From contig JAWLHJ010000004.1 of the NCBI GenBank assembly GCA_041690395.1, forward strand, positions 192,001 through 256,000: a stretch of DNA of 64,000 nt, given 5' to 3'. The notes beneath the pieces are model-generated. The model searched no databases, had not been told where the DNA came from, and saw nothing but the letters and a program-made list of their open reading frames with translations. Shown one piece after another: positions 50,838 through 57,659 of this stretch (position 1 is the first letter of the stretch; the number at the start of each line of letters is the position of its first letter). Origin of the DNA: Longimicrobiales bacterium. Lineage in GTDB: Bacteria; Gemmatimonadota; Gemmatimonadetes; Longimicrobiales; Gaopeijiaceae. A program made the position numbers and the translations under genes.

Positions 50838-52619
50838 ATGGGCTTCCTGAAGACCCTCGCCCGATTCCCGTGCGCGGCGGTACTTTCGGCGGTCACTTGC
50901 ATCGCGCCGGGGCTCGCGGACGCGCAGGAGGCGGAGGAGTTCCGTTCCGCCGCCGAGACGTCCATGCTCCGAGCCGAGACCATCGAGCTCAGGAGCGGGC
51001 TGGACCGCCTGCTTCTCGCCCCGTCATGGCGTGACGCCGAATGGGGTGTGCTGGTCGTCTCTCTGGACCATGGTGACACCCTCTACGCGGTCGATCCGTA
51101 CAAGCCCCTCGCTCCCGCGTCGAACGTCAAGCTCATCACGACCGCCGCGGCCCTCCAGACGCTCGGCCCCGACTATCGCTTCGGAACGTATCTGATGACG
51201 AACGGGGAGGTGGAGGACGGCGTGCTCCACGGCGACCTCATCCTCTACGGGACGGGTGATCCGGGGATCTCGAGCCGTTTCCATTTCCGCCGCGACGAGG
51301 CCTTTCATCGCCTCGTCGACCAACTCGATTCGCTCGGAATCCGTGAGGTCCGTGGTGACCTGGTGGCCGACGCCTCCTTCCTGCCGGGCCCCCAGAGGCC
51401 CGAGGGGTGGGACCCGCGGGACCTGAACGACCACTTCACCGCAGCCGTATCGGCCCTCTCGTTCAACGAGAACGTGGTGTCCGTGCGCATCACCCCGGGT
51501 GACGTGGGCGCCCCTCCCCGGGTGCAGACGATACCCGACGATGCGGGGATGGAGGTTCTGAACCTCGCCGAAACGGTGCCGGGCAGCCGCCCTCGCGTGG
51601 CCATGCTGCGCGACGACCCGCTCGAGCCGGTACGCGTGGAGGGTACCCTCGGAGCGGGGGTCAGAGACGTGTGGCGTCAGTTCACGGTCTCCGACCCGAC
51701 CGTGTTCACTGCCTCGGTCTTCCGCGCACTGCTCACCGATCGCGAGATCGACGTCCGGGGCGTCACCCGGACCGTGTCCCGCCCGGGGCGGTCGGACCTG
51801 CCTCGACTGTCGGCTCCCTTCGCGGGGAAGCGGGGTGTTCGGGTGCTGGCCAGGCACACTTCCGAGCCCCTGCAGAGTTATCTGGAAGTCGTCAACAAGC
51901 AGAGCCACAACCTTTTCGCGGAGTTGGTCTTCCGTGTCGTCGGTCGCTCCGTCGAGGGCGTGGGATCCACCGACGCGAGCGCGCGGGCCGTCGCCGCCAC
52001 CCTCGCGGGCCTGGGGGTCGATACCACGGGCATGGTCCTCCTCGACGGGTCGGGGCTTTCGGCCGGCAACCGCGTGACCGCGCGCACGCTCGTCGACGTA
52101 CTCGAGCGCATGGCGCAGTCGCCGTCCTGGGGCTACTACTGGGCCACGCTGCCGGAGGCCGGGCGGGCCCGGGAGCTGGGTCGCATGTATCGGACCGCGG
52201 CAGCAGGCAACCTGCGCGCCAAGACCGGGACCATCGAGCGGGTTTCCGCGCTCAGCGGGATCGTGCGGGCGGCCGACGGTGAGCGCCTGGCCTTCTCGAT
52301 CCTACTGAATCAGGCGCCCTCGGTCGCCCGGGCCAAGGCCGTCGAGAACCAGATCGGTGCTCGCCTGGCCTCGTTCGCGCGAGGGATGGGCTCGAGCATG
52401 GACGGTGAGCGTCTCGCCCAGACCGAAGCCCCTGGTCCCCCATACGCCGGGACCGAGCGACATCGCATCAGGCCGGGCGAGAACCTGACCGTCATCGCGC
52501 GGCGGTACGGCATCTCCATGGAAGCACTGCTGGGTGCCAATCCGAGTGTCGAGGCCAACACCCTCTTCGCCGGCCAATGGCTCGTCATCCCCACGGTTCA
52601 GGAAGCGGGCGGCGGCTGA
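50838..52619 (+). CDS. dacB: D-Ala-D-Ala carboxypeptidase/endopeptidase (PBP4, S13) with C-terminal LysM
   Basis: PASNVK (SxxK), GDP, SHN (SxN), DGSGLS, KTGT, then HRIRPGENLTVIARRYG LysM. Confidence 0.9.
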   Translation: MGFLKTLARFPCAAVLSAVTCIAPGLADAQEAEEFRSAAETSMLRAETIELRSGLDRLLLAPSWRDAEWGVLVVSLDHGDTLYAVDPYKPLAPASNVKLITTAAALQTLGPDYRFGTYLMTNGEVEDGVLHGDLILYGTGDPGISSRFHFRRDEAFHRLVDQLDSLGIREVRGDLVADASFLPGPQRPEGWDPRDLNDHFTAAVSALSFNENVVSVRITPGDVGAPPRVQTIPDDAGMEVLNLAETVPGSRPRVAMLRDDPLEPVRVEGTLGAGVRDVWRQFTVSDPTVFTASVFRALLTDREIDVRGVTRTVSRPGRSDLPRLSAPFAGKRGVRVLARHTSEPLQSYLEVVNKQSHNLFAELVFRVVGRSVEGVGSTDASARAVAATLAGLGVDTTGMVLLDGSGLSAGNRVTARTLVDVLERMAQSPSWGYYWATLPEAGRARELGRMYRTAAAGNLRAKTGTIERVSALSGIVRAADGERLAFSILLNQAPSVARAKAVENQIGARLASFARGMGSSMDGERLAQTEAPGPPYAGTERHRIRPGENLTVIARRYGISMEALLGANPSVEANTLFAGQWLVIPTVQEAGGG

Positions 52620-52632
52620 CGCTCGTCCCGGG

Positions 52633-52884
52633 TCAGCGTGCCGGAACACCACCTCGCCCGACCGCCGAACGCAACCGACGGTGCAGTTCCACATCCGACA
52701 TGGTCTCGAGCGTGCGCTGTCCCGTTCGCTCGGTATTCCAGCGGATGTCTTCCAGGGGATACTCGATGGTGGGCTCGTCCGCAGGGCGGAGTACCATGTG
52801 GAAGCGGCCCTTGTAGTCCATTCCGGGCTCCTCGCGCACCAAGGCTTCCCAGATCCGGCCTTCACGATCGGTGAATGTCATCAT
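52633..52884 (-). CDS. Small hypothetical protein (83 aa)
   Basis: GGAAGG SD, MMTFTDREGRIWEA... Co-oriented, 17 nt downstream of the AraC gene. Confidence 0.65.
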   Translation of the reverse strand: MMTFTDREGRIWEALVREEPGMDYKGRFHMVLRPADEPTIEYPLEDIRWNTERTGQRTLETMSDVELHRRLRSAVGRGGVPAR

Positions 52885-52901
52885 GGTTCCTTCCCGGTTC
52901 G

Positions 52902-53702
52902 TCATGCCACCGAGCTGAGCGCCCGGGGACGAATCAGAAGATCGCATTCATCGACGAACCGTTCCAGAACCACACCGAATCCGCCGGCCTCGACGAGCTG
53001 TGTGGGCGTCATGCCGACATAGTTCCGTAGCGCCCGCCGGAAAGCGGATCCGCTCGAGTACCCGAGCTGACGCGACACGCTCTCGGCACTCCGCCCCGGC
53101 TCATCCAGCCACCGACCGGCGTGGAGGAGTCGCGACCAGACCAGCAGATGCCCGAGCGACGGCAGTCCGTGCCGCTCCAGACCCACGCTGAGGTGAGGGC
53201 GCGTGAGCTCCAGACGTTCGGCGACGTCCTCGGCCCCCCAGCCGCGCTGCGCCCCCTCGAGACACAGGCGAACCACCTCGGTCTCACGGCGTGGCAGCGA
53301 CGGGCTGACCACCTTGATCACTGCGGAGGCCGTGCTCCTGCCGAGCGCCCGCCGAACCGTCACCGGTAGCTCCCCGACCATCCCGTCGACCGGAAGCAGG
53401 ACCAGACCCTCGACTCCGGCCCTGCCCAGCCGAAAGAGCAACCGGGTGGAGAGTTCCTCTCCGGCGAGCAGGACGAACACGATGCTCGGATACAGCCGCC
53501 CCAGCTCGACCAGCGCGCCGTCGGGATCGTGGGCCGGGAGCGCGCGTCCATCGATGAGGGTGCACGTCACCGCGTGCTCCCTGAGCGTCCATGTGAGCCG
53601 GGTCCACGTGGCCACCCGGATCAGGGCGTGCTCCTCGCCGAGGGCGAGTGTGGTCGCCTGCAGCATGGAGGAATTCCGCGTCAAAACCGTCGTCAGGGCC
53701 AT
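52902..53702 (-). CDS. AraC-family transcriptional regulator with degenerate receiver-like N-terminal domain
   Basis: C-terminal AEDVAERLELTRPHL...RLLHAGRWL..PGRSAESVSRQLGYSSGSAFRRALRNYVGMTP. N-terminal TCTLID / YPSIVFVLL / AGVEGLV pattern. Confidence 0.85.
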   Translation of the reverse strand: MALTTVLTRNSSMLQATTLALGEEHALIRVATWTRLTWTLREHAVTCTLIDGRALPAHDPDGALVELGRLYPSIVFVLLAGEELSTRLLFRLGRAGVEGLVLLPVDGMVGELPVTVRRALGRSTASAVIKVVSPSLPRRETEVVRLCLEGAQRGWGAEDVAERLELTRPHLSVGLERHGLPSLGHLLVWSRLLHAGRWLDEPGRSAESVSRQLGYSSGSAFRRALRNYVGMTPTQLVEAGGFGVVLERFVDECDLLIRPRALSSVA

Positions 53703-53830
53703 CGATCTTCGAAAAAGACATAGCTACGGTCCAAAAGGATACGTCGCTCCGCCTGGCTTTCAGAAAACTTGAGTTCAGCGGAACGAAGAACCGCCCCTAC
53801 CGGGTTACCTCCAGACTAGGACCGCCTCGC

Positions 53831-53962
53831 ATGAAGACTCTCCGACGCTCCCTGCTCGTACTGCTCCTGACCGTCGGTGCCGCCGCCTGCGGCTCGTCCA
53901 TCACCGCGCCGGACCATACTCCGGATCCCGGTCTCTTCCACACGCCCGATCCGGGACTCTAA
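53831..53962 (+). CDS. 43-aa lipobox prepeptide with tandem HTPDPGL repeats (putative signalling peptide precursor)
   Basis: AGGA SD. MKTLRRSLLVLLLTVGAAAC-GSSITAPD-HTPDPGL-F-HTPDPGL*. Repeat copies differ only synonymously. Confidence 0.8.
   Translation: MKTLRRSLLVLLLTVGAAACGSSITAPDHTPDPGLFHTPDPGL
53915..53959 (+). repeat. Two 21-nt coding repeats (HTPDPGL x2)
   Basis: cat act ccg gat ccc ggt ctc (53915-53935) versus cac acg ccc gat ccg gga ctc (53939-53959). Confidence 0.9.
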
Positions 53963-53972
53963 GCCGGCTGCT

Positions 53973-55799
53973 TCAAACCGAAGCACCCGCGACAGCCCTC
54001 CGCATCTCTCGAAGTCCTTCGCGGACTTCCCGAGGTGCGGAGGGCTTCGTGTCTGCAGCCTTCTCGCTCTCGGTCGGCACATCTTCCTGAAGCAGCCGCT
54101 CGAGGGCTTCCTCCGAGCGGAAGAGCGTTCGGTTGAGTCCGAACTCCTCCGCGTGGCGGACCGCTCGCCGCAGCCACCTCTCCGCCGCGTCCCGCATGCC
54201 GAGCGCCTGGTACGACAGCCCCCGGTAGTACAGGATCTCGGCCTTCGCCGCTCTCGGACCCGACTCCCACCCGAGTGCGTCACACTCGGCCGCTCGCCGC
54301 TCGAAGTCACCGAGGTCCCCGCGTAGGGCCGCGAGGTACGCAAGTGCGTCGAGCGCGTACGTCCTGTAGTACACGTCGGTCGCGTCGCTGGCCACCACGG
54401 ACCAGGCGTCCTCGGCCGCCGCATGGTCGCCGAGATCCACGAGGGCGCCCGCCAGGTTCGCGAGGCACCGGACACGTCCCGCTGCGTCCTCGTACGAGCC
54501 GACCGCGATCCACCCGTGGCGCAGCGCCACATCGAGATTGCCCGCGGCGTGCTCCAGGGCGAGCAGGCCGTGATGGATGGACGCGATCACGTCGCGGCTG
54601 CCCGAGCGGCCTGCGAGGTCGAGTGCGTCCTGATAGCCCGAGCGAGCTTGGGGCAGATTGCCGAGCTCCTGGCGTACGGCCGCAAGACCACCGAGGGATT
54701 GGGCGGCCTTCGCCGCGAAGCCCGCCGCGAGCGCCACCTCGTAGGCGACCTCGTAGGCCCGCACCGACGCCTCCCACCGCGCCGCACGACGCAGGACCCT
54801 GCCCCGGAAACGGGAAGCGTCCACAGCCGCGTCGGCGTACATCACAGCGGCCGCGGCATCGAAGGCACAGCGGTACAGCTCCACGGCGCCGTGGACGTGG
54901 CCCTCCGCTTCAGCACGCTCGCCGGCGGCGACCAACCCGTCCGCGGACGCCTCGAGGTCGCGGCTCGCGAGCGCTCCGAGGAGCGGCTCCCAGGCTTCGA
55001 CCGGATCGCCACCCTTCCTGCAGCGACCAACCAGCTGGTCACGAACGGCATCGATGCGCGCGCACCAGGCCTCTTCTGCCGTATACCCCACGTCACCGTC
55101 GACCAATCCCCGGGCGAGCCGCACGACCAGGAATCGTTGCTCGACCTTCGCGCTGACCTCGGGGCGGTCTTCCCGTCCCTCACAGTCCTGAAGAACCGGG
55201 AATCCGACGAAGCCTCTCGCCTCCGGGGCCCGGAGCCGCACGATTCCGTCATCGGATCCCGCATCGAGATCCTGATGGAGGAGCGCGCTCGCGCACTCCC
55301 CGGAGAGGAAGAGCGCCCGCTGCCGGTCTTCCTCGCCCAGGCGTGGCCGCGGTCCGACGGAATCGCAGACGAGGAACCAAGAACGGGCGCCGTCGCTCCC
55401 GAGCGCCACGGTGAAGATGCTTCCGGCATCCCCCAACTTCCTGCCCGGCGCCCCGGCCGAGTCGTACACGCCCGGCAGGCCGATCTCCCAGGCCCGCTCG
55501 AGGGGCTGCGCCGGAAACGCTCGCCGTGGTCGGTCGCTCATCAGATCGAGCAGGACGTGCGGATGCGGCGAGGACTCGCCGTACTCGTCGATCCACACGG
55601 CGGCGGCCCGATCGGCACCCGTGATCTCACTGAGCTCACTGAGATGCGCGACGACCGCGAGCCGAACGGGATCACCCGAATGGATGGCGCGCGCAAGCTG
55701 GAATCTCTGCCGCCTCCGGCTACGATGCTCGGAGAGGCCGACGACTTGAGTCCGGCCGGTACGCACCGCCCCGGATTCAGCGATATTTGTCGGGAGCAT
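53973..55799 (-). CDS. GAF-like + tetratricopeptide repeat protein, cytoplasmic
   Basis: N-terminal ITGADRAAAVWIDE...VALG...WFLVCDS...EEDRQ...ECASAL is GAF-like. C-terminal TPR helices (LGGLAAVRQELGNLPQARSGYQDAL; LANLAGALVDLGDHAAAEDAW; YYRGLSYQALGMRDAAERWLRRA). No signal peptide or TM. Confidence 0.75.
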   Translation of the reverse strand: MLPTNIAESGAVRTGRTQVVGLSEHRSRRRQRFQLARAIHSGDPVRLAVVAHLSELSEITGADRAAAVWIDEYGESSPHPHVLLDLMSDRPRRAFPAQPLERAWEIGLPGVYDSAGAPGRKLGDAGSIFTVALGSDGARSWFLVCDSVGPRPRLGEEDRQRALFLSGECASALLHQDLDAGSDDGIVRLRAPEARGFVGFPVLQDCEGREDRPEVSAKVEQRFLVVRLARGLVDGDVGYTAEEAWCARIDAVRDQLVGRCRKGGDPVEAWEPLLGALASRDLEASADGLVAAGERAEAEGHVHGAVELYRCAFDAAAAVMYADAAVDASRFRGRVLRRAARWEASVRAYEVAYEVALAAGFAAKAAQSLGGLAAVRQELGNLPQARSGYQDALDLAGRSGSRDVIASIHHGLLALEHAAGNLDVALRHGWIAVGSYEDAAGRVRCLANLAGALVDLGDHAAAEDAWSVVASDATDVYYRTYALDALAYLAALRGDLGDFERRAAECDALGWESGPRAAKAEILYYRGLSYQALGMRDAAERWLRRAVRHAEEFGLNRTLFRSEEALERLLQEDVPTESEKAADTKPSAPREVREGLREMRRAVAGASV

Positions 55800-55853
55800 G
55801 CTTCAAGTTAGTGTCCTTCTCCGTGACGACACAACATCTTTGCTCATCCTCGC

Positions 55854-56789
55854 ATGAAGCCCTCCTCGCCGCCCCTGGCCGCCGACCTGGGACTCCTCGG
55901 GCTCGCGGCCATCTGGGGCGTGAACTTCTCCGTCGTCAAAGTCGTACTCCGCGAGATGGATCCCTTCGCGTTGAACGCCCTGCGATTTCCTCTGGCGGCC
56001 CTGGCGTTCTGGCTCGTCCTGCGCGCCCGTGGAGGCATCAAGCGTCCCGCCGCCGAAGACGTTCCCCGAATTCTCCTGCTCGGCCTGGTCGGCAACGTCG
56101 TCTACCAGGTCTGCTTCATCCAGGGGCTGGACCTGACCCTGGCGGGCAACGCGAGCCTTCTGCTCGCCACGACCCCGATCTGGACGCTCGTCCTTTCCTC
56201 CGTGGCCGGTCACGAGCGTCCGAATCTCCGGGTCATGGCCGGGATCGGGTGCACGCTCACGGGCATCGTCCTGATCGTCCTCGGGCGTGAAGGCGGATTG
56301 ACGCTGCAGGCCTCGACCCTCAGAGGAGATCTACTCATGCTGGGCGCCGCCGTCCTGTGGTCGGCCTACACCGTCTGGGGACGCACGCCCGTCGCCCGCT
56401 ACGGTCCCCTGAGGATGACCGCGTGGAGCCTCTGGATCGCCACGCCGGTGATCGTGCTCATGGGCATTCCGTCGCTCCGCTCCACCGAGCTGGCCGCGGT
56501 CTCACCGGGGGCCTGGCTCGGCGTGGTCTACGCCGGAGTCCTCTCGATCGCGGTGGCCTACGTGCTGTGGTACCGGGGCGTCCAACTCCTGGGCAACAGC
56601 CGCACGGCGGTGTACTCGAACCTCGTTCCCGTGATGGCCCTGGTCACCGCGTGGCTGTGGCTCGGTGAGACACCGGCGGGCGGGCAGCTGGCCGGAGCGT
56701 CCGTGATCCTGGCCGGGCTCTGGCTGTCGCGAACCGGTCAAGCACCCGGTCCGAGCTCCTTGCGGTGGCGGAGCTCCGGGAATTCGTAG
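55854..56789 (+). CDS. DMT/EamA family transporter
   Basis: IWGVNF, two EamA repeats, about 10 TM segments, YSNLVPV..LGE. Confidence 0.92.
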   Translation: MKPSSPPLAADLGLLGLAAIWGVNFSVVKVVLREMDPFALNALRFPLAALAFWLVLRARGGIKRPAAEDVPRILLLGLVGNVVYQVCFIQGLDLTLAGNASLLLATTPIWTLVLSSVAGHERPNLRVMAGIGCTLTGIVLIVLGREGGLTLQASTLRGDLLMLGAAVLWSAYTVWGRTPVARYGPLRMTAWSLWIATPVIVLMGIPSLRSTELAAVSPGAWLGVVYAGVLSIAVAYVLWYRGVQLLGNSRTAVYSNLVPVMALVTAWLWLGETPAGGQLAGASVILAGLWLSRTGQAPGPSSLRWRSSGNS

Positions 56790-57511
56790 TAGATCACCCC
56801 TTCCTGGGAGATCTCCGAGCGGACGCGGAAGTCGTCATCCATGCTCGTGAGGATCTTCTCGGCCGCGGAGAGTGAGAGGTTCAGGTCCGCGGCGACCTCG
56901 CTGACGGTGAGGGTCCCGCCCTTCTGCCCGGCGAGCCGCAGAATCTTACGCTGCAATCCTCGGATGACCGCTTCGCGGCGTCCCTGGAGGCCCTGCCAAC
57001 CCCAGTAGAACGTCAGCGACCCACCCATGCCGATGACGCTCCCGACGGCCAACAGGACCGCCTCGGCCTCCACGACGCCGATCAACATGACGAGCGTGGC
57101 GACGAGGACCATGGCCACACCCAGGATCCGGCGCTTGATCCCGCCGCTCGGAAGCGGCTCGTCCGGCTTCGACTCGATCAGCCGACGCTCGGGCTCCGGA
57201 CCGGTGACGCTCAGGACGCGCGCCGCGTTCTCCCAACCCAGCCCGCAGCGGGGGCACACCAGATGATTACGCCGCGCCAGCCAGTAGAGGAGTCCACCCA
57301 ACCCCCAGGTGAAGAGGCTCACGCCGACGGCGAGCGCCACGTGCCCCGACCTCCTGAAGTAGGGCATCCCTTCACCCTGGTACGAGCACCTGGGACATAC
57401 CTTCACGCGATCCACGCGCGGCACCAGGCCGCCGCGGAGCGCAACGGCCCCACACGTGGGACACCGCGTGTCGCCGGGCTCGAGAGTCTCACCACAGGTC
57501 GAGCAATGCAT
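56738..57511 (-). CDS. Zinc-ribbon membrane protein with C-terminal winged-helix-like segment
   Basis: CSTC..CPTC, CPRC-(hydrophobic)-CPRC, two more TMs, then GGTLTVSEVAADLNLSLSAAEKIL...GVIYYEF. Confidence 0.75.
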   Translation of the reverse strand: MHCSTCGETLEPGDTRCPTCGAVALRGGLVPRVDRVKVCPRCSYQGEGMPYFRRSGHVALAVGVSLFTWGLGGLLYWLARRNHLVCPRCGLGWENAARVLSVTGPEPERRLIESKPDEPLPSGGIKRRILGVAMVLVATLVMLIGVVEAEAVLLAVGSVIGMGGSLTFYWGWQGLQGRREAVIRGLQRKILRLAGQKGGTLTVSEVAADLNLSLSAAEKILTSMDDDFRVRSEISQEGVIYYEFPELRHRKELGPGA

Positions 57512-57577
57512 CGGATATCGGATCACGTTTCGGGGATCGCGGACGACCGGCATCCGAGCTTCCCCGGTCGCAGTTCC

Positions 57578-57605
57578 CCTACGACGGAGCGCGTCAGAAG
57601 ATTCA
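57578..57605 (-). promoter_or_regulatory. Possible ECF promoter variant upstream of the zinc-ribbon membrane gene
   Basis: Minus strand TGAATC-N16-CGTAGG, one mismatch and a shorter spacer than the other three copies. Confidence 0.45.
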
Positions 57606-57659
57606 CCGAGGTCCGGCGGCGGGTCGGCCGAACCCCCGACTGCACGCCGGCCGCGGTGC

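Noticed and set aside
53831..53962. Small peptide as a classical RiPP precursor
   Set aside because: No adjacent modifying enzyme (radical SAM, YcaO, LanM, ATP-grasp) or peptidase-ABC exporter in the window, so a signalling role is preferred.
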